From Ignavibacteria bacterium (GTDB lineage: Bacteria > Bacteroidota > Ignavibacteria > Tepidaquicellales > OLB5): a DNA stretch of 64,000 bases. Positions 18,742-28,307 of this stretch are shown piece by piece; position 1 is the stretch's first letter, and each line of letters opens with the position of its first letter. The notes beneath the pieces are model-generated. The model made no database searches and was not told the origin of the DNA. It saw only the letters and a list, made by a program, of their open reading frames with translations. The DNA is taken from positions 5,159 to 69,158 of the forward strand of contig JAIOIK010000036.1 of assembly GCA_019912545.1 (NCBI GenBank), in the 5' to 3' direction. The translations under genes and the position numbers were made by a program.

Positions 18742-20079
18742 ATGAAAAATTCAGGATTATTCGTTTTATTTGCTTTTGCCTTAATATCACAAATTTATTC
18801 TCAAAACAAAGTTGAGTGGTTCGCAAACTTCAGTTCTGCGGGCAGCATCAGTATTGATAAAGCTCAGTTTATACTAAATGATATAGAAGGAAATGTGATT
18901 GTAAGCGGAGTTACAAATGGAAGCGGGATAAATGACGATATAACCACTATCAAGTATGATAAAGACGGTAAGCAATTGTGGGTTGCTGTCTTTAATGGCC
19001 TGGGAGATTACCATGACCGACCAAATGGAATGGCAATAGATCAATCTGGCAATATATACATAACCGGGAGCAGTTCAGGAGATAATGGTACTGCTACTAA
19101 CTTTATCACGATCAAGTATAACCCGTCAGGAATTAAAGAATGGGAGTCAATTCACGCAAGCAAGGGCGGCTTGCATGACGAATCCAAGTCTATTGCAATA
19201 GATAATGCCGGAAATGTTTATGTTACAGGTTTTGGAGCACATTTTGTTACTGACAATTCAGGACAGGATTGGATCACTATCAAATTTAACTCAAAAGGAG
19301 AGCAATTGTGGATAGCAGCCTATGATGATGGAATTACTGATGACAGGGCAACTGTATTAACAGTAGATGGAAACGGGAATGTTTATGTAACAGGGCAGTG
19401 TAACAGTCCGGCATATCACATCAAAACAATAAAATACAGTTCCACCGGAGAAAGACTATGGATCGCAAAGTATGACGGAGCAGGTATATCCAGTGACGAA
19501 CCGGCAGATATCAAAGTTGATCCCGAAGGCAACGTTTATATTACCGGTCATAGCTACGAAGCAAATAAAGATTTTCTCACCATAAAATATGATAAGAATG
19601 GCAGCGAATTATGGAAAAAAAGCTTTAACGGTATCGGAAACATCTCTGATGAAGCTTTAAAATTACAAATTGATAACACCGGAAATGTTTATGTTCTCGG
19701 GTTATCTGCTCATAAGAAAAACAAGAAAAACAGGTGCCTGATAAAATATGATAATTCCGGTAATGAGTTATGGAAAGTGATATCGGAAGAGCCAGTTTCA
19801 ACAAATATTGAGCATCTTACTATGGAATTAGACGCAAATGATAATATTCTGGTAACAGGCTCAGGAAAGATCATTAATAATAAAACAGTTACTTATATGA
19901 TGATCGATTGTTATGATAAGGATGGTACATTACTGTGGCAAACAAATTATAATCGTGAAAATACAATCCCGGTAATAAGCGCAATTTCCAAAGATAATTA
20001 TGGAGGTATATATGCAGCGGGATATATTATTGGTACAAATGGATTTTATGATTATTGCATTGTGAAATTTTCCAAATAG
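18742..20079 (+). CDS. SBBP-type beta-propeller repeat protein (secreted)
   Basis: Signal peptide and repeated 'D..GN(V/I)YVTG....D(F/W)(I/L)TIKY...G..LW' units. Confidence 0.75.
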   Translation: MKNSGLFVLFAFALISQIYSQNKVEWFANFSSAGSISIDKAQFILNDIEGNVIVSGVTNGSGINDDITTIKYDKDGKQLWVAVFNGLGDYHDRPNGMAIDQSGNIYITGSSSGDNGTATNFITIKYNPSGIKEWESIHASKGGLHDESKSIAIDNAGNVYVTGFGAHFVTDNSGQDWITIKFNSKGEQLWIAAYDDGITDDRATVLTVDGNGNVYVTGQCNSPAYHIKTIKYSSTGERLWIAKYDGAGISSDEPADIKVDPEGNVYITGHSYEANKDFLTIKYDKNGSELWKKSFNGIGNISDEALKLQIDNTGNVYVLGLSAHKKNKKNRCLIKYDNSGNELWKVISEEPVSTNIEHLTMELDANDNILVTGSGKIINNKTVTYMMIDCYDKDGTLLWQTNYNRENTIPVISAISKDNYGGIYAAGYIIGTNGFYDYCIVKFSK

Positions 20080-20131
20080 AAATTCTAATTTTATCTTAAT
20101 AATAATTCGGGAAAACAAAATAAATTGAAGA

Positions 20132-21118
20132 ATGAGAAAAATATTTTTTATTATAATGCTGTTCATAAGCTTTGGTGTTAGCTCACAGGAAAAAGACAAT
20201 AAAAAATGGGTAAAGTATGATTTTGCCCCCGGTGAAAATATAATTTTCATTGACGACCTCTCAGGTGAAACACCAAACGAGTTTCCATCAAGGTGGAACC
20301 TGTTGAGCGGTTCAGGTGAAATCGGTGTTTTTGAAGGGATAAATGTTATCAGCTTTGCTAAGAAGTTTACAACAATTGAACCGCGTATGAACAGCAAATC
20401 ATATTTACCTGTTTCATTTACGCTGGAAATGGACCTGTACTTCTATAAGAAAGGGAATGAAGCATTTACAATTGATTTCGGGAAAGCGGGCGAACTTGTC
20501 GTTCGTTTAGAGAAACTTTCATTTGGCACATTTACCGGGGAGATTGAAGGAAATTCATCTATTGCAGGCTGGCATAAACTTGCGATTGCTTATAATGAAG
20601 GAGCGATGAAAATATACTTTGATGAAAACAGGATAATTAATATCCCGCAAGTGAATATTGCTCCCGAGGGTTTCACTATAGAATCATTGAGCCATGGTTC
20701 ATCTAAAGGAGAACCTAATTTCATCAAAAACATCAGGCTTGCTGAGGGTTCATTCGATCTGTATAAAAGAATTTCTACTGATGGTAAATTTACTGCCAGA
20801 GGTATATTGTTTGATGCTGGAAGCTCAGATCTAAAACCTGAATCGATGGGTGAAATCAGCAGGATATATGAGCTCATGAATTCAAACCCGGAGTTGAAAT
20901 TTATGGTTGAAGGGCATACTGATAGTGATGGGAATGAAGAGTCCAATATGAAACTATCCCAAAGCAGGGCTAAGACAGTTATGGAAATGCTTGTTAAATT
21001 GGGTGTTGATAAAAACAGGCTAAGTGCTGCAGGTAAGGGTGAAACAGAACCCGCAGATACAAACGAAACATCCGAAGGCAAAGCAAATAACCGGAGAGTT
21101 GTCTTTATCAAAATGTAA
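20132..21118 (+). CDS. OmpA-family protein (C-terminal peptidoglycan-binding OmpA domain; N-terminal domain unassigned)
   Basis: C-terminal VEGHTDSDGNEESNMKLSQSRAKTVMEMLVKLGVDKNRLSAAGKGETEP...NRRVVF. Confidence 0.85.
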   Translation: MRKIFFIIMLFISFGVSSQEKDNKKWVKYDFAPGENIIFIDDLSGETPNEFPSRWNLLSGSGEIGVFEGINVISFAKKFTTIEPRMNSKSYLPVSFTLEMDLYFYKKGNEAFTIDFGKAGELVVRLEKLSFGTFTGEIEGNSSIAGWHKLAIAYNEGAMKIYFDENRIINIPQVNIAPEGFTIESLSHGSSKGEPNFIKNIRLAEGSFDLYKRISTDGKFTARGILFDAGSSDLKPESMGEISRIYELMNSNPELKFMVEGHTDSDGNEESNMKLSQSRAKTVMEMLVKLGVDKNRLSAAGKGETEPADTNETSEGKANNRRVVFIKM

Positions 21119-21227
21119 AAGAGCATCTCAAATAATTATTTAATTAGTTCGTAATGTTATTACAACAAAAGCGGTATATTTTTGCAGTACATACTTAGCA
21201 GATAAATCTCAAACGGAGGATATTAAT

Positions 21228-21425
21228 GTGCTCGCAGCAATATATCAAAATGAAGTTAATAACTGGAATCAAATGATCACATTTCAGACTATGGAAAGTG
21301 ATGTTGAATTTGAAGAAGATGAAACTACCAGTGCCCAAGATGATAAATCAAGAATAACCCCTGTTCTTGAAGATGATATTTTCAGGATTCAAAAAAATGC
21401 TGAAGACCTGAGGGAATTTTTTTGA
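21228..21425 (+). CDS. Hypothetical acidic small protein (65 aa, GTG start)
   Basis: ORF only, preceded by ACGGAGGA. It may not be expressed. Confidence 0.3.
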   Translation: MLAAIYQNEVNNWNQMITFQTMESDVEFEEDETTSAQDDKSRITPVLEDDIFRIQKNAEDLREFF

Positions 21426-21640
21426 ATTAACATAAATATGATTTTCTGATATAACACAAAAACAATTATTTAGTCCCAATACCTGCCTTTACATCAATTA
21501 ATCATAAATTTTTAATGGTATTTACATTACATTGATTATTCTTAATACTCGAGGTATATTTGTGCTTGTTTTTTGAAGAATTTCACAAAGAAAACACGCT
21601 AGAGCATAAATTCAGCGCTAAAAGAGAGGTTTAATAACAT

Positions 21641-23752
21641 ATGGGTTTAATGAATAAGCTGCGCGATAAAACGCACATTATTCTTATAATATTGATCTTG
21701 GCTTTTCTTGCCACCATTATATTTGAATGGGGTATGGATTATCTTGGGGTTAGAGACGGACAGGTTACAGAGCTTGGATCAGTCAACGGACAGGAGATCA
21801 AATACACAGATTTTGAAAGCCAGGTCAATTTTGCGATCGAACAACAGAGACAGCAAACCGGAGAAGACCCGGATGAGAATGTATTAAATATGATAAGAGA
21901 CCAGGTTTGGGATCAGCTTGTGACCCAGATACTGGCCGAACAGGAAATCAAAAGATTGGGCATTACTGTTACAAACCAGGAAATACTAAACTGGGTTTAT
22001 AACTCCCCTCAGACTTTGCCCGATCCTATCAAGAGAAATTTTATCGATTCTACCGGACAGTTCAATATGTCGGTTTACCAGCAGGCGCTTGCTACTAAAA
22101 CTCCTGAAATTCAAAAATTTTGGGCACAAGTTGAAGAATATTTGAAGCAAACACTCCTTTCACAAAAACTGCAAAGCGTAATTACAGGTACTGTCCGTGT
22201 AACTGAATACGAAGTATTGCAGAAGTTCAAAGATGAGAATATTAAAGCAAGTTTTGATTATGTGTTCATGGATATGAATTCCATACAGGATAACCAGGTT
22301 AGCATAACAGATAGCGACCTCAAAGCTTATTATGATGCTCATAAGGACCAGTTTAAGCGTGACGAAGCTGCGAAAATTAAATATATTGTCTTTTCTGATG
22401 CAGCGACTATGGACGACACCATATCAACTGAAAAGCAGATAAAGGCACTTATTAAGGATTTCAGGAAGTTCAATGCTTCGGATACCACCACTTGGGCAGT
22501 TGTAAACGATAACTCAACAGCAAAATTTGTTGATAAATTTTCAAAACCAAATGAAATACCTGCCGAAGTAATATCCTTCTTATATAGTGCACCAAAAGAC
22601 AGCATATCAGATATTATCAAAGCTGCCGATGGTATACACATGGTGAAACTGCTTGATACAAAAGAAGGCACAGAAACATTTACAAATGCATCTCACATTC
22701 TGGTGAACTTCGGAACAGATACAAATGCCGCAAAACTGAAAGCTGAACAGTTGATGCAGAGGATCAAAAGCGGTGAAGACTTTGCAAAGATAGCAGCTGA
22801 AAACTCAGATGACCCTTCAAATAAATTTAAGGGAGGCGATCTTGGCTGGTTTGGCAAAGGAGCTATGGTTAAGGAATTTGATGATGCTGTAAACAGCGCA
22901 GCTGTAGGTAATCTGTTGGGCCCGATAAAGACTTCTTACGGCTTCCATATCATAAAAGTAAATGCGAGACAAAGCAAAGAATTTAAGTACGCAGATATTA
23001 AGAAAAGCATTAAATCCTCAACGAAAACAAAAGACATTGCAAGAAAAAAGGCTGAAGATTTTGCTTTCATTGCTAAAGATGGTAATTTTGATGAAGAAGC
23101 TAAAAAGTTGGGAATCCCCGTTGTTGATGTACCAAATTTTATTACAAAAGGCGCATTTATTCCCGGTGCCGGACAGAATCAGACTATTTCGAAATTTGCG
23201 ATGAACGAAAAGAAGGGTTCAATGAGTGACCCTATAAAAACACAAACCGGTTACGCTATTTATGTTATTACAGATAAATCTCCGGAAGGTTACATGAGCT
23301 TTGATGAAGTAAAGGCAACAACTCTGCTTCAGTTTGTAAAGCAGGAAAAGAAGCTTGATCTTTTGAAACAACAGGCAGCTGAGATAAAGAGCAAGGTCTC
23401 CGGTGATCTTAACTCTTTGAAGAACTTTAATCCGGGATTATCCGTTCAATCTGCTGATACAGTTTCAATTGCGGCACCAAGCCCGTTAATCGGAAACGAT
23501 TTCGATTTCAATAATGCTGCATTTAAGCTTCAAAATGGTCAGATTTCAGACCCAATACGCACAGCCAAAGGATATTATATTGTTCACATGAAAAATATTT
23601 CTTCATATGACCAGGCAAAATTCCAACAGGATTATGAAAATATCAAAACAGGTTTAATAACTCAAAAGAAACAGACTATTACTCAGGATTGGCTTGCAGA
23701 ATTAAAGGATAAAGCCGTTATTGTGGATAACAGAGATAAATTTTATCGTTAG
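21641..23752 (+). CDS. Periplasmic chaperone / peptidyl-prolyl isomerase, PpiD/SurA-like
   Basis: 703 aa with an N-terminal TM helix and a parvulin domain (ASHILV...GGDLGWFGKGAMVKEFDDAV...GFHIIKV). Confidence 0.85.
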   Translation: MGLMNKLRDKTHIILIILILAFLATIIFEWGMDYLGVRDGQVTELGSVNGQEIKYTDFESQVNFAIEQQRQQTGEDPDENVLNMIRDQVWDQLVTQILAEQEIKRLGITVTNQEILNWVYNSPQTLPDPIKRNFIDSTGQFNMSVYQQALATKTPEIQKFWAQVEEYLKQTLLSQKLQSVITGTVRVTEYEVLQKFKDENIKASFDYVFMDMNSIQDNQVSITDSDLKAYYDAHKDQFKRDEAAKIKYIVFSDAATMDDTISTEKQIKALIKDFRKFNASDTTTWAVVNDNSTAKFVDKFSKPNEIPAEVISFLYSAPKDSISDIIKAADGIHMVKLLDTKEGTETFTNASHILVNFGTDTNAAKLKAEQLMQRIKSGEDFAKIAAENSDDPSNKFKGGDLGWFGKGAMVKEFDDAVNSAAVGNLLGPIKTSYGFHIIKVNARQSKEFKYADIKKSIKSSTKTKDIARKKAEDFAFIAKDGNFDEEAKKLGIPVVDVPNFITKGAFIPGAGQNQTISKFAMNEKKGSMSDPIKTQTGYAIYVITDKSPEGYMSFDEVKATTLLQFVKQEKKLDLLKQQAAEIKSKVSGDLNSLKNFNPGLSVQSADTVSIAAPSPLIGNDFDFNNAAFKLQNGQISDPIRTAKGYYIVHMKNISSYDQAKFQQDYENIKTGLITQKKQTITQDWLAELKDKAVIVDNRDKFYR

Positions 23753-23775
23753 TTTTAACTAACTAATACTTAAGT

Positions 23776-24540
23776 TTGAAATTAAGAAAATTAACATTTC
23801 TGATTCTATTGGGTTCAATATTAATATTGAACCCATATTTTTTATACTCTCAAAGTAAATTCGAAGAGATAAATTATAACAGCGGTTCAGGCAATTTTGC
23901 AGTGTATGCATACGGAATGTATATTTCATCAGCTGAATTGCAGGATAATATAAAATCAAATATTCCCTTTTTAAGAGATGCATCAATTGAATTAAATGGC
24001 GGTTTTGGATATGGTGGAGAATTTACTTTTAATCCAAGGATCAGGGATCTTGATATTGTATTCTTTATTTCAGCAGAATATTTGAAAGCCAAAGATGATC
24101 AGCTTGCCCTGTTTTTCCAGCAGGATACCAATTCCGCAAATGTCAGGTTCAGAGAAGAGTATCAGCTTTTCCCTATAGAAGCAGGTTTAAAATGGAATCT
24201 ACCGGTAGGTACTGAAAAATTTAAGATATATATAGGCGGCGGAGCGGGTCTGTATTTCGGCAGCCGGACAAGGACACTTGGAAATCTCAAGAGTTTTGAG
24301 TCTTCAGTTACTCCGGGCTTTAGTATGAATGTACTCGCCGGAACAGAATACTTTGTAGCAAGGAACTTATCACTTGATTTTGAGTTTAAATTCAGAGAGG
24401 CATCTTTTGATTCTGAAAGTAGATTCAGCACTGAATGTATTACAGTTAATGGAATTAATTTCGTATTGGATAATCCATTCTATTCCAGGATCATTGTTGA
24501 CGGCCCGAGGCTATCACTAGGCTTTAGGTATCACTTTTAA
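23776..24540 (+). CDS. Outer-membrane beta-barrel protein (hypothetical)
   Basis: Signal peptide, alternating amphipathic strands and a terminal ...LGFRYHF aromatic residue. Confidence 0.65.
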   Translation: MKLRKLTFLILLGSILILNPYFLYSQSKFEEINYNSGSGNFAVYAYGMYISSAELQDNIKSNIPFLRDASIELNGGFGYGGEFTFNPRIRDLDIVFFISAEYLKAKDDQLALFFQQDTNSANVRFREEYQLFPIEAGLKWNLPVGTEKFKIYIGGGAGLYFGSRTRTLGNLKSFESSVTPGFSMNVLAGTEYFVARNLSLDFEFKFREASFDSESRFSTECITVNGINFVLDNPFYSRIIVDGPRLSLGFRYHF

Positions 24541-24550
24541 AATATAAATT

Positions 24551-26173
24551 ATGAAAAAAATACTTTTTGCGTTTTTTACAATATTGGTTGTATTATCAAT
24601 TTCATCTGATAAGGGAAAAACCGAGAGCATTTCTCACACCTCAAAGTATTCAAAGGATCATTTTATAATAAAGCTTAAAAAAGCTGAAAGTATTCTTGCA
24701 GCATCACTCCCCTTTTCTTCAGTATATGAATCCCGAATAAACGAAGTTTGTGCATCTTTGAACTTAACTCAAAAGAAAATAAAACAGCTTTTCCCTCCGG
24801 ATAAAAAAAATAACTCTTCATTATACAATAGTTATGAGCTTGAAACATACTATATAGTATATTTAACAGAAGATAACAATATTCCCGAACTTTGTGATGA
24901 AGTAACAAAAAACAGTTTGGTTGATTTTTCAGAGCCAGATTTTATCGGTGAGGCAGCTGGAGTAAAAGGTTCTTCATTCTTGCCAAACGATCAGTATTTT
25001 TCAAAACAATGGGGCTTATACAATGACGGTTCCGAACGAACTACCGGCGGCAAATTTGGCAAAAAGGGCGCTGACATGAATGTTCTAAAAGCTTGGGAAA
25101 TTGGAACAGGCAGCAGTGAGATCGTTGTAGGAATTCTTGACTCAGGTGCCAAGACCGATCATCCGGATCTGACTGAGAGAATCTGGATAAATAAAGATGA
25201 AGTTAAAAACGGAAGAGACGACGACGGGAATGGTTTTGTTGATGATATTAACGGTTATAATTTTGCCTATGACAATTCAAGCGTTAGGGATGATGGAGGA
25301 CATGGAACAAATATTTCCGGAACAGTAGGAGCAACTACAAACAACTCTTTAGGGTATGCCGGAATTGATCAGAATTGCCGTTTGATGATCTGTAAGAACC
25401 TTGATGACGATAACCTAGGTGAGTATTCATGGTGGGCAGCTTCTCTATATTATGCATCCAATAACGGTGCAAAGGTAATAAACATGAGTGAAGGCGGGGC
25501 TGATTATTCCAAAACGCTTGAAAATGCAATTAACTACGCATACGAAACCGGCAGCCTGATTGTTGCAAGCATGATGAATAAAAACAACGGAGATTCATAT
25601 TATCCCGCCAGTTTTAAGAATGTAATGGCAATCGGAGCAACTGATACTGATGACAGCAGATGCAGAGAATTTACATGGGGTGGAGGAAGTAACTGGGGTA
25701 AACATATTTCTGTTGTTGCACCCGGAAACAAAATTTATGGTTTAGATTATAAAGATAATTTCAATTATGATGTGTACTGGAGCGGTACTTCGCAGGCCAC
25801 GGCGTACGTTACGGGAATTGCATCTGTTTTGCTGGGTCAAGATCCATCAAGAACAAATAGTGATCTTCGCGAAATCATAACAACGACATCAATTGACCTC
25901 GTTGGAGATTCAAGAGAAGACAGGTCAGGGTGGGATCAGTATTACGGATTTGGCAGAGTAGATCTGTTTGAAGCGCTGAATTATGGGAAGTATTCAAGCG
26001 GGAAAAAGGAGACTAAAGAAATTAATAAAGAAGATGAAACTCCCGTTAATAATGATAGTGAAAGCAATAGTACCCGAGCGAAAGCAAATGACCCCGGTTA
26101 TGACAAGAAAAAAGATAGAGATGATGATTATAATGACAAAAAAGCAAGGAAACCTAAAGCAGATGATAGGTAG
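24551..26173 (+). CDS. Subtilisin-family (S8) serine protease with a K/D/E-rich tail
   Basis: Catalytic triad context GILDSG (Asp), GHGTNISG (His) and SGTSQATAYVTG (Ser). Confidence 0.9.
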   Translation: MKKILFAFFTILVVLSISSDKGKTESISHTSKYSKDHFIIKLKKAESILAASLPFSSVYESRINEVCASLNLTQKKIKQLFPPDKKNNSSLYNSYELETYYIVYLTEDNNIPELCDEVTKNSLVDFSEPDFIGEAAGVKGSSFLPNDQYFSKQWGLYNDGSERTTGGKFGKKGADMNVLKAWEIGTGSSEIVVGILDSGAKTDHPDLTERIWINKDEVKNGRDDDGNGFVDDINGYNFAYDNSSVRDDGGHGTNISGTVGATTNNSLGYAGIDQNCRLMICKNLDDDNLGEYSWWAASLYYASNNGAKVINMSEGGADYSKTLENAINYAYETGSLIVASMMNKNNGDSYYPASFKNVMAIGATDTDDSRCREFTWGGGSNWGKHISVVAPGNKIYGLDYKDNFNYDVYWSGTSQATAYVTGIASVLLGQDPSRTNSDLREIITTTSIDLVGDSREDRSGWDQYYGFGRVDLFEALNYGKYSSGKKETKEINKEDETPVNNDSESNSTRAKANDPGYDKKKDRDDDYNDKKARKPKADDR

Positions 26174-26204
26174 TTAATTCATTTGATTATTCAATCCCCT
26201 TTTC

Positions 26205-27014
26205 ATGCACGAAGAAATATACAATGATATGTTTGATATAGAATTATTCAGAAGAAAGATAAAAGATATTGGTTTATTTGAAGAAATCTTTTTTTTTGAT
26301 GAAACTATTTCCACAAATATTGCTGCAAATGAAATTTCCAATAGCGGTAATGCAATTGTAATAAGTGATTATCAAAGCAGCGGGAAAGGGAGATTTGATA
26401 GAAAGTGGGAATCTGAAAAGGGAGAAAACCTTACATTCACATTGAAACTTAAGATTGATATTCCAAAAGAAAGAAAGTCAACTGTAAATTTCTTTTTTTC
26501 TTATTGTATTTTCTCAGGCATAATTAATTTTATAAAGAAATACTATTGGGATATAGATACATCTCCTCTAAATATCAAATGGCCTAATGATATTTTATGG
26601 CTGGATAAAAAGATTTGCGGTTTATTAATTGAAACCAAAAGTGTTAGTAATGAATTTATAATTGGTGTTGGGATAAATGTCAATCAGATTGAATTTGACC
26701 CTGCATTTAATGCTACCTCATTAACATGCATGTTGAAAGATAATTTAAGCAGGGAAATTTTGCTGCATTCGGTAATTGAACAGATTGAAGCACATTTTAG
26801 CCTGCTTGATATCAAGAATTACAATGGAATATTCAGACTTTGGAGAAATTCTACAAAAATGATCGGTAATTCATGTTTATACTCAATTGATGGCAACACA
26901 GCTAATACTTGTAAAATCATTGATTTAAATGATGATGGCAGTATTGAGTTAATGATTAATAATGCTCAAGCGAGGTACTATAGCGGTGATATTAAGTTAT
27001 TCGTAAAGCAATGA
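26205..27014 (+). CDS. birA: Biotin--[acetyl-CoA-carboxylase] ligase (no N-terminal HTH)
   Basis: GKGRFDRKWES biotin-binding loop and KWPNDILWLDKKICGLLIE. Confidence 0.85.
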   Translation: MHEEIYNDMFDIELFRRKIKDIGLFEEIFFFDETISTNIAANEISNSGNAIVISDYQSSGKGRFDRKWESEKGENLTFTLKLKIDIPKERKSTVNFFFSYCIFSGIINFIKKYYWDIDTSPLNIKWPNDILWLDKKICGLLIETKSVSNEFIIGVGINVNQIEFDPAFNATSLTCMLKDNLSREILLHSVIEQIEAHFSLLDIKNYNGIFRLWRNSTKMIGNSCLYSIDGNTANTCKIIDLNDDGSIELMINNAQARYYSGDIKLFVKQ

Positions 27015-27090
27015 GCCAAAGCCTTGAATCAACCCTAAAATCGCTTGATTTTAGTTTATTTTTTGACTATTTTTGAAGTTTGAAATAAAA

Positions 27091-27173
27091 GGGTAGGTAG
27101 CGAAGTGGTTAAACGCATCAGACTGTAAATCTGACGGCTTATGCCTTCGGAGGTTCGAATCCTTCCCTACCCA
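27091..27173 (+). tRNA. tRNA-Tyr (GTA), long variable arm
   Basis: Cloverleaf folded by hand: acceptor GGGTAGG/CCTACCC, anticodon loop CTGTAAA, T-loop TTCGAAT. Confidence 0.9.
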
Positions 27174-27319
27174 CGCAGTACTTTTTTCTTAAGAATAAAA
27201 TCAATTTCCGAAATATATCTTTCAGGTTACAGGAAGTAAGAGTTTTTAGATTTATTCAGCAAAAGAAAATTCAATTTTCTTCATGCTGTTTCTTTGTTCT
27301 TTAGGAAAATTATTTTAAT

Positions 27320-27392
<73 letters not shown>

Positions 27393-27417
27393 CTGGCGAG
27401 CTTCATTAAAATTACAA

Positions 27418-27468
27418 GCGGGAGTAACTCAGTTGGTAGAGTCATCCCGCAAGGCGGGATTGGTCGCC
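27418..27468 (+). pseudogene. Truncated tRNA-Gly-like fragment (5' two-thirds; anticodon arm replaced by a GC hairpin, no T arm)
   Basis: The first 27 nt (GCGGGAGTAACTCAGTTGGTAGAGTCA) are identical to the intact tRNA-Gly at 27497. They are followed by ATCCCGC-aag-GCGGGAT, then TTGGTCGC, after which similarity is lost. Confidence 0.65.
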
Positions 27469-27496
27469 TGTTCTTTTGGAGATTAGAGTTTGATTA

Positions 27497-27569
27497 GCGG
27501 GAGTAACTCAGTTGGTAGAGTCACAGCCTTCCAAGCTGTTGGTCGCGAGTTCGAGTCTCGTCTCCCGCT
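27497..27569 (+). tRNA. tRNA-Gly (TCC)
   Basis: Acceptor GCGGGAG/CTCCCGC, anticodon arm ACAGC-CTTCCAA-GCTGT, T arm GCGAG-TTCGAGT-CTCGT. Confidence 0.9.
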
Positions 27570-27573
27570 CAGT

Positions 27574-27811
27574 ATGTTTTATGTTTATGTATTGAAAAGT
27601 TTGGTTTGCGAAAAAACATTACATTGGACAAACCAAAGACCCGGAAAAACGATTAGCAATTCATAACAGTAATAAAGCCGGGTGGACGAAAAGACATCAA
27701 CCTTGGGTTTTAGTTCATAAAGAAGAATTTATGACCCGCTCAGAAGCATTGATAAGGGAAAAAGAAATTAAAGTCTTGAAAGACATTAAAAAGTTTCTAA
27801 CTTCCATTTAA
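27574..27811 (+). pseudogene. GIY-YIG (URI/YhbQ-like) nuclease gene, frameshifted at an A6 run
   Basis: Frame 1 gives MFYVYVLKSLVCEK..., which stops at 27664. The +1 frame from 27611 gives KKHYIGQTKDPEKRLAIHNSNKAGWTKRHQPWVLVHKEEFMTRSEALIREKEIKVLK...*. Together these make a complete GIY..YIG..R..H..E domain. Confidence 0.75.
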
Positions 27812-27846
27812 GATTCACAAAAAGAAAAATTTAATTTTACATACTA

Positions 27847-28008
27847 ATGGCAAAAGACGGCAGACTAATTTTAACTCTTGAATGTACTAACTGCAAAAAC
27901 AGGAATTACAGTACAACAAAGAACAAGACAAAGCACTCAGGCAGAATAGAACATAAGAAATTCTGCAGGTTCTGTAATAAACGTACTTTACATAAAGAAA
28001 CCAAGTAA
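27847..28008 (+). CDS. rpmG: 50S ribosomal protein L33
   Basis: 53-aa ORF below the track cutoff: [53 protein letters not shown], with two CxxC pairs. Confidence 0.9.
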   Translation: MAKDGRLILTLECTNCKNRNYSTTKNKTKHSGRIEHKKFCRFCNKRTLHKETK

Positions 28009-28009
28009 T

Positions 28010-28082
28010 ACGTCAGTGGCTCAATTGGTAGAGCAGCGGTCTCCAAAACCGCAGGTTGGGGGTTCGAGTCCCTCCTGACGTG
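28010..28082 (+). tRNA. tRNA-Trp (CCA)
   Basis: Acceptor ACGTCAG/CTGACGT, anticodon arm GCGGT-CTCCAAA-ACCGC, T-loop TTCGAGT. Confidence 0.9.
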
Positions 28083-28124
28083 CAACACTATCGTGCAAAA
28101 AGATCGTAAACCGGAGATTTTATA

Positions 28125-28307
28125 TTGAAAAACAAAATAATTGGCTTCTTCACTGATATTATTAAAGAGATGAAGAAGGTTACATGGCCAAAAAGAGAAG
28201 AGCTTAAAGAATCAACAATGGTTGTTATTGTCACTTCACTCATTTTTGCAATTTTTGTATATATTGTTGATAAGATAATTAATGAAGGATTGAAAGTAAT
28301 ATTTTAA
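28125..28307 (+). CDS. secE: Preprotein translocase subunit SecE
   Basis: 60 aa with a TTG start, the EMKKVTWPKREEL motif and a single TM helix. It sits before nusG. Confidence 0.9.
   Translation: MKNKIIGFFTDIIKEMKKVTWPKREELKESTMVVIVTSLIFAIFVYIVDKIINEGLKVIF

Noticed and set aside
27906-28088. 60-aa minus-strand ORF
   Set aside because: It overlaps rpmG and the whole tRNA-Trp gene on the opposite strand.
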